Below, piece after piece: positions 40,103-50,165 of a stretch of DNA of 64,000 nt. Source of the stretch: Escherichia phage vB_EcoM_Shinka; the sequence record MZ502379.1; one strand, given 5' to 3'. The stretch's first letter is position 1. The number at the start of each line of letters is the position of its first letter. A model generated the notes under the pieces. The model ran no database searches. It saw nothing but the letters and a program-made list of their open reading frames with translations, and was not told where the DNA came from. The translations under genes and the position numbers were made by a program.

Positions 40103-40358
40103 TGTAAACTGATTTTTTCAACTTTCTTACTTCACCACGTAATTGGCGATTTAGCTCATCTTTAACTTCTGAATCAATGCCTTTCATTCTACGCCATTTA
40201 TCTGAGCGAAAAATGTTTTCAACCATATCTTTATGACTTACACCATCAGGAGCTTTACGCTTTCCGAAATAGTCATAATCACGTACTTTTAAATCTTTAC
40301 GACGATACGTTTTACCCATGGAGTTTAATTTCCTTAGCAACTGAACTAAATGCAGCAC
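40026..40358 (-). CDS. basic hypothetical protein (110 aa, start uncertain)
   Basis: Lys/Arg-rich ORF; overlaps its neighbour, so the true start may be internal. Confidence 0.4.
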   Translation of the reverse strand: MLHLVQLLRKLNSMGKTYRRKDLKVRDYDYFGKRKAPDGVSHKDMVENIFRSDKWRRMKGIDSEVKDELNRQLRGEVRKLKKSVYIDDDFDYNTSQRVAKRKSNECYRYS

Positions 40359-40494
40359 GATCGCAAATCATGCGTTTATGTAACTTGAGTATAATATAGC
40401 AAACTTCAAAACTATTTACATGAGTAACACGAACAGCATTACCATTAATGAGATAATACTGTCCCTTTTTAATTTCTTTATCAACCATAACCAT
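40312..40494 (-). CDS. hypothetical protein (60 aa)
   Basis: ORF downstream of the early promoter at 40525-40554. Confidence 0.45.
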   Translation of the reverse strand: MVMVDKEIKKGQYYLINGNAVRVTHVNSFEVCYIILKLHKRMICDRAAFSSVAKEIKLHG

Positions 40495-40524
40495 ATCAAT
40501 TCCTCAAAGGTAATTCATATGTTA

Positions 40525-40554
40525 ATAATACCACGGTTTGAACTTGTTGTAAAC
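40525..40554 (-). promoter_or_regulatory. T4-type early promoter
   Basis: Minus strand GTTTAC-aacaagttcaaaccgtgg-TATTAT. Confidence 0.65.
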
Positions 40555-40635
40555 AACTTTGTGAAAAATATTTCAGGGAATGATAAGAAAGGAACGATAG
40601 CTTAGAATGGTAATATACAGAATGTAAGAAAGAAA

Positions 40636-40648
40636 GGCCCAGAGGGCC
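40636..40648 (-). terminator. short GC hairpin
   Basis: ggccc-aga-gggcc. Confidence 0.35.
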
Positions 40649-40652
40649 CATC

Positions 40653-40976
40653 TTAGTCTTCTATGATATCTCTATCATATCCAAGTGAAATGAGAGTTTC
40701 TTTGAAGTGTTTAATGTTCTTTTGTCTGGAATCATTAATGAAAATGACTGGATAACGAATGTTAAGAGATGTGAATCCAGCGCGTTTAGCAAGAGATACA
40801 ATCAGTTGACGATCATACTCAATATTACCATTATTAGTAAGAACTTTATAAAAAGTAAAAGGAGCATTGAGCTCCTTTAGAAGTTTTGTAACTGATTGAC
40901 ATCCAGGACAACGACCTACTTCATCTGGAATTCCATAGACTTCAATCTTATTCTTTAAGTTCGAGTTTTGTTCCAC
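40653..40976 (-). CDS. nrdH: glutaredoxin-like NrdH (start uncertain, possibly GTG)
   Basis: CPGC redox motif (EVGRCPGCQS); the N-terminal part of the track ORF overlaps the upstream gene and is likely spurious. Confidence 0.6.
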   Translation of the reverse strand: MEQNSNLKNKIEVYGIPDEVGRCPGCQSVTKLLKELNAPFTFYKVLTNNGNIEYDRQLIVSLAKRAGFTSLNIRYPVIFINDSRQKNIKHFKETLISLGYDRDIIED

Positions 40977-41259
40977 GAGAAATAATTCCTTGGTAAGCCC
41001 AATAAGGAGGATTAACAGAATCCTCACCAGAGTTTTCTTCAGGAAAATAAACCTGGATAACGAAGCCGGATTCATCAAAGGTAAAATAAACCGTAGGCAG
41101 TTCACCTAACAAATCGGCACGAGCGTTGATTTCTTCGAGGTCTTGTTCACGTCCAGCCCAGAAGCTTGGGTTCAGACTACATTCATAGAAATAATAGTCA
41201 TTACCGAACATATCAAAACCATTCCAACTCTCTACTACATACCGCTCAAAACTAATCAT
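40948..41259 (-). CDS. hypothetical protein (103 aa)
   Basis: 55.x-region ORF. Confidence 0.5.
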   Translation of the reverse strand: MISFERYVVESWNGFDMFGNDYYFYECSLNPSFWAGREQDLEEINARADLLGELPTVYFTFDESGFVIQVYFPEENSGEDSVNPPYWAYQGIISRGTKLELKE

Positions 41260-41261
41260 AA

Positions 41262-41477
41262 TTAAGCCTTTTTATCAAGAACCGCATTCAGCTTGTTAGT
41301 AATTTTATCCAGACGCTCATTGAACTCACTAGAAGATAAGCCCTTTTCTGGAGAAATTAAACTAATCACGAAAAATACAACAATAAAAGGAATAAGAAAA
41401 ATAGCTCCAACTGCCATAAACAGAAAGAACGTTACAGTTGTAAGAAAATCAGCTAAACCTTTACGAAATTTATACAT
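41262..41477 (-). CDS. small membrane protein (71 aa)
   Basis: One long hydrophobic segment. Confidence 0.5.
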   Translation of the reverse strand: MYKFRKGLADFLTTVTFFLFMAVGAIFLIPFIVVFFVISLISPEKGLSSSEFNERLDKITNKLNAVLDKKA

Positions 41478-41592
41478 ATTTTACCCTTAATTGATTAACC
41501 AAGCATTGATAAGCACTAAACTATATTGCGAATAAAATTCTGGACCAAAATGAAAAATCATATCATTTATAGTATCCATAATGTAATTCAAT

Positions 41593-42063
41593 TTAATCAT
41601 GTGTCCACACCCCATCGGTATTTGACCAAAGTCGCTGATTATCTGATCCTCGCCACAGCTTTTTAGTCGGAAGATTTTTCTCATACTTCCCATCAATAAT
41701 AACATCAACATATTTAAGCATTTCTAGTTGTTTAATATCTTCAAACTTATATCCTGTCCACAACCAAATGCTTTTATTGGGATAAAGATTTTTAATAGTT
41801 TGAACCACAGAGTGAATCACGTCTCTGTTATCAGGATAAAGAGGGTCACCTCCGGTTATAGTTAATCCTTCTATATAATCATTATTCAAACATTCAATTA
41901 ATTGTTCTAGTGTTTCACCAGTGAATGGAACACCATTTCTAGCATTCCATGTTGATTTATTATAACACCCTTCACATTTATGCAAACAACCTGTAACGAA
42001 AAGAACGGTCCTGCAGCCAGGACCATTAACAAAATCGCAAGGATAAAATCTATCATAATTCAT
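41593..42063 (-). CDS. nrdG: anaerobic ribonucleotide reductase activating protein, radical SAM (156 aa)
   Basis: CxxxCxxC-type cluster (GCLHKCEGC); 156 aa; overlaps the nrdD stop. Confidence 0.92.
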   Translation of the reverse strand: MNYDRFYPCDFVNGPGCRTVLFVTGCLHKCEGCYNKSTWNARNGVPFTGETLEQLIECLNNDYIEGLTITGGDPLYPDNRDVIHSVVQTIKNLYPNKSIWLWTGYKFEDIKQLEMLKYVDVIIDGKYEKNLPTKKLWRGSDNQRLWSNTDGVWTHD

Positions 42064-43877
42064 TGGTGCTTAACCCTATGCATGATTTCTTTATTTTTGC
42101 CGAGATTAAATCCGCGTTCGTTCGGATTTCCCAAATAACCACATGTTCTTCTTATTGTGTTCATCTTTTTAGGATCAGTTTCTCCACAAATAGAACAAAC
42201 AAATCCGTTTTCAGTAGGAGTCATTTCATGGGTACTTCCACATGTAAAACATTTATCTACTGGCATATTAACACCAAAATAATCTAAATGTTGTGCAGCA
42301 TAATCCCAGACAGCCTCAAGACCTTTTAAGTTATTTTTCATATCAGGAAGTTCAACATAAGAAATGTGACCACCTGTCGCAATGAAATGATATGGCGCTT
42401 CACGAGAAATCTTTTCAAACGGAGTAACATTTTCTTCTACTGAAACGTGGAAACTGTTAGTGTACCAGCCTTTATCAGTAACATCCTTTACACTTCCATA
42501 TTTTTCTGTATCAAGTTTACAGAAGCGATAGCACAGGTTTTCAGCAGGAGTAGAATACAAACTAAAAGCAAAACCAGTTCTTTCAGTCCACTGTTTAAGA
42601 TGAGCATTCATTTTAGTTAAAATTTCTTGCCCAATATCACGACCGACAAGAATATTCAATTCGTGAATACCAATGTATCCTAAAGACACTGAACTTCTAC
42701 CGTTTTTAAATAACTCAATTATGTCGTCATCAGGTTTAAGACGAACCCCGAATGCACCTTCTTGGTAAAGAATAGGAGCAACAGTTGCTTTAACTCCTTT
42801 TAAGGAACTAATTCTACACATCAAAGCTTCAAAACATAAATCCATTCGTTCATTAAATAATTCGATAAATTTCTGTTCATTGAACTGTGTTCCAATATAA
42901 GAATCTAACGCGATGCGAGGAAGATTCAATGTTACAACACCAAGATTATTACGTCCATCAAGAATTTCATTGCCAGTCGAATCTTTCCATACGCTCAAGA
43001 AACTACGGCAACCCATTGGAGAAACAGGAACAGATGAACCAGTGATAGCTTTATTGTTCTTAGCTGAAATAATATCAGGATACATCCTTTTGCTTGCACA
43101 CTCTAGAGCAAGCTGCTTAATATCATAGTTCGGATCGTCTTTATAAAGATTAACACCTTCTTCAACGAACATAACAAGCTTAGGGAAAATAGGAGTTATC
43201 CCATCACGACCGAGACCTTTAATACGATTTTTCAGAATTGCTTTCTGAATCATTCGTTCAGTCCAGTCAGTTCCCGTACCAAATGTAATTGTTACAAAAG
43301 GAGTCTGTCCGTTTGAACTAAAGAGAGTGTTTACTTCATATTCATAAGCTTGGAATGCATCGTATACATCTTTTTCTGTTTTAGATTGAGCATAATTCAA
43401 CGCATCAGCGATTTGCCATTTTTCTGCATCCTCAATATGTTTTGCATAGGTGCGTTTAACATAAGGAGAAAGTACTTTATCTACATTCGCAAAAGTCGTT
43501 CCGCCATATTGATGGGAAGCAACTTGCGCAGTAATTTGTGCCATAATTGCAGTAGCAACACCGATTGATTTAGGAGTTTCAATCTGTGCATTACCAAGCT
43601 TAAATCCGTTCTCAAGCATTCCTTTTAAATCTACTAAACAACAATTAGTAAAAGGCAATGATATACTGTAATCTAAATCATGAAAATGAATTAATCCAAC
43701 ATTATGGGCATTTACAATATGACTTGGAAGAATACGACAAGCGATATGTTTAGAAACAATACCGGCCATTAAATCTCTTTTTGTTGGAAAGACGCGAGAA
43801 TCTTTGTTGGCGTTTTCTGTATTTAATTCTTTATCTTTATTTGAAATAAAATTTAAAACATCTTTTTCTAAAGACAT
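42060..43877 (-). CDS. nrdD: anaerobic ribonucleoside-triphosphate reductase, uninterrupted (605 aa)
   Basis: C-terminal glycyl-radical region and Zn site (CFTCGSTHEM...CSICG); no intron. Confidence 0.95.
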   Translation of the reverse strand: MSLEKDVLNFISNKDKELNTENANKDSRVFPTKRDLMAGIVSKHIACRILPSHIVNAHNVGLIHFHDLDYSISLPFTNCCLVDLKGMLENGFKLGNAQIETPKSIGVATAIMAQITAQVASHQYGGTTFANVDKVLSPYVKRTYAKHIEDAEKWQIADALNYAQSKTEKDVYDAFQAYEYEVNTLFSSNGQTPFVTITFGTGTDWTERMIQKAILKNRIKGLGRDGITPIFPKLVMFVEEGVNLYKDDPNYDIKQLALECASKRMYPDIISAKNNKAITGSSVPVSPMGCRSFLSVWKDSTGNEILDGRNNLGVVTLNLPRIALDSYIGTQFNEQKFIELFNERMDLCFEALMCRISSLKGVKATVAPILYQEGAFGVRLKPDDDIIELFKNGRSSVSLGYIGIHELNILVGRDIGQEILTKMNAHLKQWTERTGFAFSLYSTPAENLCYRFCKLDTEKYGSVKDVTDKGWYTNSFHVSVEENVTPFEKISREAPYHFIATGGHISYVELPDMKNNLKGLEAVWDYAAQHLDYFGVNMPVDKCFTCGSTHEMTPTENGFVCSICGETDPKKMNTIRRTCGYLGNPNERGFNLGKNKEIMHRVKHQ

Positions 43878-44689
43878 AATTCTAATTTATCCTTTTGAAA
43901 TTCTTCGTCTAAATATGGGTTCCAACCCATTTTAAACCTTTTGATGAAATTATCAATTCTAAATTTCGGTAAGTTTAAATCCGCAAAAATAGATGATTTA
44001 CTTTTAAAATCTGGACTTAAATAATCATATAAAATTTCTGCGTATTTTAACCATAATATACAAGTACCAGATTTAATTGCTCTCGGAGTTTTCCAAGGTT
44101 TTACACCATACATCGGATTTCCACTTCCTTTATGCCTGATAGAAGATGAAATTCCAATTTTAATTTTAGCTTCCTTTGTATGCGAAAATCCACGATGTGG
44201 ATTTTCTTTCCAGTATTTTTTAGAAGCTTCTGATATTTTCTTTCTGGCTAAATTAGTATGATGCTTTCCATAAAATCCATGATTTTTGCCTTTATTACGA
44301 TTTCTTTTAATCATGGTTATTGATTGCTTTTCTCTAGTTTCTTTAGAAGGAGAAATACCATATGTTGTAAATTGGCCATCAGCATATGCTAAATTAAAAT
44401 ACTCTTTATTCCATACATCTTTTTCTATATTCTTTTGAAATTCAGCTTCAATGCTAGTTATTTGTTCATCTCCGACTAATTGAAAATATAATATTTCAAC
44501 TTTCGGCGTTTCTTTCAATAAGGCTTTTTGAAATTCGGAAGATGACGAAGACGAATAATAAAATTTACCATTTTTATCAATAATATTCGTTCCATCAAAA
44601 GTGCAATTGGTTTTACTTCCAATGTAATAATATGGTGGGATTTTAGCATTAATTCTATTAATAAATGATAGTTTATATACTACATTCAT
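43868..44689 (-). CDS. GIY-YIG homing endonuclease, Seg-like (273 aa)
   Basis: N-terminal YKLSFINRINAKIPPYYYIGS GIY-YIG module; NUMOD3-like repeats (GFYGKHHTNLARKK, GSGNPMYGVK); overlaps the nrdD start. Confidence 0.7.
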   Translation of the reverse strand: MNVVYKLSFINRINAKIPPYYYIGSKTNCTFDGTNIIDKNGKFYYSSSSSSEFQKALLKETPKVEILYFQLVGDEQITSIEAEFQKNIEKDVWNKEYFNLAYADGQFTTYGISPSKETREKQSITMIKRNRNKGKNHGFYGKHHTNLARKKISEASKKYWKENPHRGFSHTKEAKIKIGISSSIRHKGSGNPMYGVKPWKTPRAIKSGTCILWLKYAEILYDYLSPDFKSKSSIFADLNLPKFRIDNFIKRFKMGWNPYLDEEFQKDKLELCL

Positions 44690-45159
44690 TTTAAACTCTT
44701 TCTAAGCTGCTTCTTAAATGAAGCTATTAATTGTGTTTTGGTGTCAGATTCATTATATTCAAATCCTCTTTGAAGCATCTCGGCCATCATTTCCTCTTTT
44801 CCTAAACGAGAAAATTCCTTTGATTTATCTCCAACAAAGTTAGGGTGAATATTATTTTGGGTGTAATCGGATTTTAAATAAGTAAGTAAATTTTCTAACC
44901 ATTCAAGATAATCAACACCTTGTCCCTTTAAGCCAGAACGATTAAATTTATGCTTCATTTGACCTTCTGCGGCATTGCATAGATTACAAAGCAATCCACG
45001 TACCTTTCCTGCTTTTGGTCCATTTAATTCATGGTCATGATCAAGATGATTAGCTTGAACATCAGGATTTAGTTCTCGTTGGCAAATTAAGCATTTACCG
45101 TTTTGTGCATTATAAAATTTTTGTTTTTCTTCTTTGTATAATTTGCCAGTCAATAACAT
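44686..45159 (-). CDS. 49: endonuclease VII, Holliday junction resolvase (157 aa)
   Basis: Near-identical to T4 EndoVII as I recall it (MLLTGKLYKEEKQKFY...). Confidence 0.95.
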   Translation of the reverse strand: MLLTGKLYKEEKQKFYNAQNGKCLICQRELNPDVQANHLDHDHELNGPKAGKVRGLLCNLCNAAEGQMKHKFNRSGLKGQGVDYLEWLENLLTYLKSDYTQNNIHPNFVGDKSKEFSRLGKEEMMAEMLQRGFEYNESDTKTQLIASFKKQLRKSLK

Positions 45160-45166
45160 AATAAAA

Positions 45167-45189
45167 CCCTTACCTTAAATAGATAAGGG
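45167..45189 (-). terminator. hairpin downstream of pin
   Basis: ccctta-(11 nt)-taaggg with U-rich flank. Confidence 0.4.
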
Positions 45190-45201
45190 TATTTATTATT
45201 T

Positions 45202-45705
45202 TTAAGTATTGTAAAACATTCGATGCAATCGTTTATATTGCTGAATCATTCGGTCAGAAAAAGAAATTTGGGTTTCAAGCCATTCAATATATTCTGCCGC
45301 AGCTTGCATCAAATTTCCTTCATAGCCATCGTTATTTTCTTGTGCAGCTAATTTAGCTAATGCGTATGAAATACGTTCACCTTGAAAAGCGGCTTTAGGC
45401 TTCTGAACATCTTGGCTAGTTCTCTCTACAACTTCTTCAATTTCGCCATTTTCAACGGATTCAGTATTCCACAAACACCAGTATGTAATTGGCTTATCAT
45501 AGATGTTAATAATCTTTCCGTCGGAAAGTTCAATTTCAATAATTCCAGTATCAGGTTCTATATCATCTTCACATTCTTTTGCAAGTTCACGAACTTTAAA
45601 GACAGTACCTGCACTAAGTTCCGGCCAGTAATTACATAGCCCTGTATCAACACGATTAATTCTAAACCACTTATCTACTGTAATCATGTCCCATCTCCAT
45701 ATCAA
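45202..45705 (-). CDS. pin: hypothetical protein at the pin (protease inhibitor) position (167 aa)
   Basis: Position between 49 and nrdC; size close to T4 Pin; identity not verified. Confidence 0.5.
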   Translation of the reverse strand: MIWRWDMITVDKWFRINRVDTGLCNYWPELSAGTVFKVRELAKECEDDIEPDTGIIEIELSDGKIINIYDKPITYWCLWNTESVENGEIEEVVERTSQDVQKPKAAFQGERISYALAKLAAQENNDGYEGNLMQAAAEYIEWLETQISFSDRMIQQYKRLHRMFYNT

Positions 45706-45982
45706 TTAAGTCATTTATCGTTGGTTCATTATATACTGTTTCTTCATCAGTGTAAACCGGTTCTTCCGGCTCTGGCTCTACAGTTTCCCATCTAGCCGCC
45801 CACCAAGGTTTAACCCCGAAGCTTATTAAGTTCTTCATAATCAATCCAGGATTCTAATCCTGATGGCAAATCAGATTCAATTTCCCAAAGAAGCTCTTCA
45901 ATTTTCTGAAGACGATCTAGTTCTTCGGCTGGAATAGTAACCATTGACGGAGTTCTTGATACATTAATATCGTAAATCATAT

Positions 45983-46198
45983 TTACCCCAATTTAACCAT
46001 ACAATCGCCGTATTTCCACTTAGAAATAGACTTTTCACCATTAGAATAATAAACTTCGAGTTTAGCACGATTATTTTTAATTTGAATAACCTTGGCTGTC
46101 ATCAAAGTTCCATACCCATAGTAAACTGCAACTTCATCACCTACATATACCGCGCTTCCGCGGTAATCATGAATATAGTCAGTTCCTTCGAGCATCAT
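45983..46198 (-). CDS. hypothetical protein (71 aa)
   Basis: ORF overlapping the nrdC stop. Confidence 0.5.
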   Translation of the reverse strand: MMLEGTDYIHDYRGSAVYVGDEVAVYYGYGTLMTAKVIQIKNNRAKLEVYYSNGEKSISKWKYGDCMVKLG

Positions 46199-46458
46199 TT
46201 AAAATATTCTCGCAGTTGGTCAAATCCACCAATATGACTTCCATCAGGAGCAAATACCTGGGGCATTGTCAAGCCGATTTGAGTATCACGACCTAGTTTA
46301 GTCAGAAGCTCAGCAATTTTCTCATCATCAAAAACACCTTTTTCCGGCATAATGTTGATAAATTCAAACGGCTGTTTCTTCACGGTCAAAAGACGTTTTG
46401 CATTATCGCAATACACACATTTATGAATGTTGCTATCATAACCATATACTTTAAACAT
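46195..46458 (-). CDS. nrdC: thioredoxin/glutaredoxin NrdC (87 aa)
   Basis: CVYC redox motif; 87 aa as T4 NrdC. Confidence 0.9.
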   Translation of the reverse strand: MFKVYGYDSNIHKCVYCDNAKRLLTVKKQPFEFINIMPEKGVFDDEKIAELLTKLGRDTQIGLTMPQVFAPDGSHIGGFDQLREYFK

Positions 46459-46459
46459 A

Positions 46460-46702
46460 TTATTCCTTAATTCCTAGTACTTGTTTAAAAGTCTCGTCGT
46501 AATCAAGACTTTGGCCCGTTTGTTCTTTATGTTTGTATATAATATCACTTACTTCTGATAGCATATTTTTATATGAACGAGTTAAAGCAGATTTAAGCAC
46601 GCTGTATCTATCAGGAAATTTACCATGTTCATTATAATAAGCTATTGCTAATTCACGGACTGCCTTTTCAGCAGCCTCCATATATTCTTTACGCTTGGTC
46701 AT
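46460..46702 (-). CDS. hypothetical protein (80 aa)
   Basis: nrdC.x-region ORF. Confidence 0.5.
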   Translation of the reverse strand: MTKRKEYMEAAEKAVRELAIAYYNEHGKFPDRYSVLKSALTRSYKNMLSEVSDIIYKHKEQTGQSLDYDETFKQVLGIKE

Positions 46703-46704
46703 TT

Positions 46705-47094
46705 TTAATCCAAAATATTATTAGGCATTGGTTGAACACTCACAAGTTCTTTAAAGAACTCAGTAGAGTCAGGCAATTTAACCATTTCCGGAGCATGCTT
46801 ACTGAATTTATGTTTACATTGACGGCATTTATATTCAAGCTCTGGTTTACGCCAGTTAATCAATTGAACTTGTTCAGTACCGCATTCAGGGCAATTAGGA
46901 ACGTTTTTAGAAGCTCTTTCACGTCGTTCAACCATAGCCATAATAGCATCCCATGCTGGAGGTTTAAAATCTAAATCGTCGCAGCCGTGAATCTTTCCAC
47001 GCATTTCCATATCATCTTCCTCACCAGCCATAATAATTTTAATTAAACTGGAATTACTTGAAGCTGCAATGTCTTCTAATAAACGCTTTTTCAT
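46705..47094 (-). CDS. zinc-ribbon protein (129 aa)
   Basis: CPECG...CRQCKHKF. Confidence 0.55.
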   Translation of the reverse strand: MKKRLLEDIAASSNSSLIKIIMAGEEDDMEMRGKIHGCDDLDFKPPAWDAIMAMVERRERASKNVPNCPECGTEQVQLINWRKPELEYKCRQCKHKFSKHAPEMVKLPDSTEFFKELVSVQPMPNNILD

Positions 47095-48017
47095 TTCAAT
47101 ACCTCAATAGCATTACGTAAACCATTTGCTTTGGCGGTTAAAGCCTTAAGAACTTTAGTATGCTCTTCAATCTGTTTTTCAACTTCAATCAAACGGGCAC
47201 TGAGATATTCGCGTTCTTCTTTCATAGTATCATTTCCATGATTGGATTTTGGGGTAGGTTTAAATTCACTAGGGTCCTTTAATTTAATAACAAATTTAGT
47301 TTCAAACAGCGAAAGACCATAATTCGTATTATCATCAAAGGATTTGACTACATCCATATCAGATAATAACACGCGTAAATTATAAGCCAAAGAACTAATA
47401 GTTTCATTGTGTTTATTAGCTTCGCGTGGTTTCATATACGGAAGATTTTTATATATCTCGTGCGGAGCACAAATGATAATTGACAATTCAAATTGCCCAT
47501 TCTGGGACGATGGAGTGAATTTAGCCGTAACCCAGTCTTTTACATTCACATTAATAGTACGGTTATCACCATGACAAAACAGTCTACGAGAATGCTTAAA
47601 AAGCATATTCACGTTATTATTGAATTCGTGTGAAAATTCACTAGCAAATTTTTCTTTACTATCTTTAGAAAACCATTCTTCTAAATAAGTTCTTTTCACG
47701 TCGTTAATAATATTAAATGTAACAACACTAGCATTTGATACATTAGTCTCAATGTAGCTTGGATACATAAATTTTTTAACATTATTAACAGCTATCACAG
47801 AAGATAGTAATCGGGAACGTTTGAACCACTCGAGCAAAGAACCAAGAGAATGTGAATACGCATTTTGTGTATCTTTACAAATATGGTTTTCCCATCCAAT
47901 ATAGTCTAAAAAATCACGAAGAATATTATTGATTACTGCTCTGTGTCCTATCTGATAATTACGATGTTTAGTAATAAGACTGTCAAAATAATCAATATAA
48001 TGTTTACGAGTTTTCAT
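47091..48017 (-). CDS. hypothetical protein with C-terminal coiled coil (308 aa); member of a tandem paralog array
   Basis: Starts MKTRKHY; shared architecture with the next two ORFs. Confidence 0.6.
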   Translation of the reverse strand: MKTRKHYIDYFDSLITKHRNYQIGHRAVINNILRDFLDYIGWENHICKDTQNAYSHSLGSLLEWFKRSRLLSSVIAVNNVKKFMYPSYIETNVSNASVVTFNIINDVKRTYLEEWFSKDSKEKFASEFSHEFNNNVNMLFKHSRRLFCHGDNRTINVNVKDWVTAKFTPSSQNGQFELSIIICAPHEIYKNLPYMKPREANKHNETISSLAYNLRVLLSDMDVVKSFDDNTNYGLSLFETKFVIKLKDPSEFKPTPKSNHGNDTMKEEREYLSARLIEVEKQIEEHTKVLKALTAKANGLRNAIEVLK

Positions 48018-48069
48018 GTTCTTCTCACTTGGTTAATGATTTATACTCCGAGCCATCCTTGGCTTTAAA

Positions 48070-49071
48070 TTACTTAATTAACTGTAAAGCTTGTTCCAGA
48101 CGATCAAGACGATTAACAGATTCTTCCCAAATCCTTTTAGCCTGCTCATATTCTTTCTGCGCTTTATTAGAAATTTCTAGAACTTCTTTATAAGCTTTTT
48201 CTAGTGCAATAACTTCTGGACGAATTTCTATCGGTTCAGGTGAATCATCAAGACATTCCATTAGTTCCTCAAGGGTAGTTTCTTCTTTAGGAGTATTCAC
48301 AATTTCATCACATTTTTGTTGGTAAATTTCTTTATCAGTAGGTGAATAAGCACATTTCACTTCACGAAGGCTAATTACGAGTTTATATCCTTCCCAACCG
48401 CATATATTCTTAAAAGGATATGTATGAATATTTTCTACTGTTTCCATACAAAGTAATGCGGTCTCTAATTGACGAGTTATAGTGCTAGCAATTGAGAAAA
48501 ATTTATTAATATTCTTTTGGTTAGTTTCTGGTGTAAAAAATCCATAATTCACAAAAATAGATACTTTATTTTTATCAAGTTCATATTCTTTTATGATAAT
48601 CATATCAGAAGCCAAAGGATGAATTTGACGATAATCGCCATAACATAATTTAGAAGCTGATTTTAGAATTTGTTTCTTAAAAAGTCTGAAATTACTGATC
48701 CAACGACGAGTAAAAATATTCTCAGGGTCTTCTTTAATATTAAGATGATAAGAATTAACATCACCGAACCAATTGTATCCTACTACATCTTTAGTTCGTT
48801 TAATTTCTTTCCCAAAATTACCAAGAATATCCCGATTAACCAAATATGAAAGAAGACGAGACTCTTTAAAGGTTTTCTTGATAACATCTTTATCTACACG
48901 GCTAGAAATTTTACGAATTTCATGAATAAATTTAGTAGAAGAAACAATACTTGCATCAACACTATTGAGCCATTGATTGATAATAGAAAGAACGCTATTT
49001 TGGCCAAACATCGGTATAGCTTTATCATCAATAACGCTATTGAATGATTTGATATATTCGTTACGAGTCAT
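48070..49071 (-). CDS. hypothetical protein with C-terminal coiled coil (start corrected to MTRNEY, 333 aa)
   Basis: The track N-terminus runs through the promoter at 49100-49129; GAGGAG SD precedes the internal ATG. Confidence 0.6.
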   Translation of the reverse strand: MTRNEYIKSFNSVIDDKAIPMFGQNSVLSIINQWLNSVDASIVSSTKFIHEIRKISSRVDKDVIKKTFKESRLLSYLVNRDILGNFGKEIKRTKDVVGYNWFGDVNSYHLNIKEDPENIFTRRWISNFRLFKKQILKSASKLCYGDYRQIHPLASDMIIIKEYELDKNKVSIFVNYGFFTPETNQKNINKFFSIASTITRQLETALLCMETVENIHTYPFKNICGWEGYKLVISLREVKCAYSPTDKEIYQQKCDEIVNTPKEETTLEELMECLDDSPEPIEIRPEVIALEKAYKEVLEISNKAQKEYEQAKRIWEESVNRLDRLEQALQLIK

Positions 49072-49099
49072 AATAATCTCCTCAGTAGAAAGTAAAAAC

Positions 49100-49129
49100 A
49101 TTATACCACATCCTTGTGGCAAAGTAAAC
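49100..49129 (-). promoter_or_regulatory. T4-type early promoter (near-copy of 2418-2447)
   Basis: Minus strand GTTTAC-tttgccacaaggatgtgg-TATAAT. Confidence 0.7.
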
Positions 49130-50157
49130 TAGTTCAGTGCATTTAGTGCATTGTTCAGTTTAGAACGTTGCTTTGTCAGATTTTGAACCCTTGACTGAGC
49201 TTGTTCTAACGCCTTTTCAGCTTCTAGCATTTCATTGGTCGCTTTAACGAGTTCATCATCTACTGCCTTAAGAGACTTTTCAATCGCATCAGCGTGCCAT
49301 TTTTCTACAGGTTTAAAATTTGAATTTTCAGTAGGAAGAAAACTCACTTTATTAAGTTTACATGCATCTATGTTACTTGAACTGTACATCCAACATTTAG
49401 GATCGTTTGATAAGTAATTGGATAAATTTAAATTTAAGGTATCTTGCACTTCCTGCTTTTTCTCTTGAACAATTTCATCCTTTCTCAAAAATTCATATTT
49501 AAATGAAACGATCATATCAAGTTCATATGTTGTTGTATGTTCCCAATTTCGCTCAAAACGAGGTAAAATCTTAGATTGAACAGCAGCAACAACATCCATA
49601 TACTTAAATGCTTCTGTCAGCTGTGATTTAAGACATTCACAAATTGAAAGAGAATTTTTAGTATTAGGCTTAAAGCTAATTCGTGCAGTTCTATTATTTT
49701 CTTTTAACGGTCTTACTTCCATCTGAAGAGTATAACCATCAAATTTCAGGTTCTTTAAGTTAATGTCAGAACCTTTTAATCGACTAGCCGTCGACAAAAT
49801 TTGCTTTAATTGTCTACGGAACAGAGCAATAAATCTCCATTCAATTCGATAATGATTTGGATTGAAAAATCCAGATGATAAATCGACCTTACTTTGACCA
49901 ACGCCTTGAACAATCAAAGGATTTTTATAATCAATAGTTTTACAGAAATCGGTGAGCTGTTCACGAGCAGTCATTTGTGTAATATACCCTGCTTTACTAA
50001 AATTACGCACCCATTCACTGCTATTCGTATACTTAAAGTGATGAATAACACGATTAACTTTATCAGGGTCTAAATTATTTTCACACAAAAATGTCATAAC
50101 ATCACGAGTATAGCTGGCATTACGAACCATATCTTCAATTTGAGAACGAGTTTTCAT
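49129..50157 (-). CDS. hypothetical protein with C-terminal coiled coil (342 aa); paralog array member
   Basis: Starts MKTRSQIEDM. Confidence 0.6.
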   Translation of the reverse strand: MKTRSQIEDMVRNASYTRDVMTFLCENNLDPDKVNRVIHHFKYTNSSEWVRNFSKAGYITQMTAREQLTDFCKTIDYKNPLIVQGVGQSKVDLSSGFFNPNHYRIEWRFIALFRRQLKQILSTASRLKGSDINLKNLKFDGYTLQMEVRPLKENNRTARISFKPNTKNSLSICECLKSQLTEAFKYMDVVAAVQSKILPRFERNWEHTTTYELDMIVSFKYEFLRKDEIVQEKKQEVQDTLNLNLSNYLSNDPKCWMYSSSNIDACKLNKVSFLPTENSNFKPVEKWHADAIEKSLKAVDDELVKATNEMLEAEKALEQAQSRVQNLTKQRSKLNNALNALN

Positions 50158-50165
50158 GGTGTTCC

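Noticed and set aside
41487-41711. 74-aa ORF overlapping the 3' end of nrdG
   Set aside because: Mostly out-of-frame overlap with the conserved nrdG; likely spurious.
48070-49122. N-terminal extensions in several track ORFs (48070-49122, 7072-7611, 26017-26223, 52517-52822, 15291-15824, 30328-31302, 38184-38747)
   Set aside because: The extensions run into promoters or start at non-ATG codons; internal ATGs with SD sequences give lengths that match known T-even proteins, so the shorter forms were reported.
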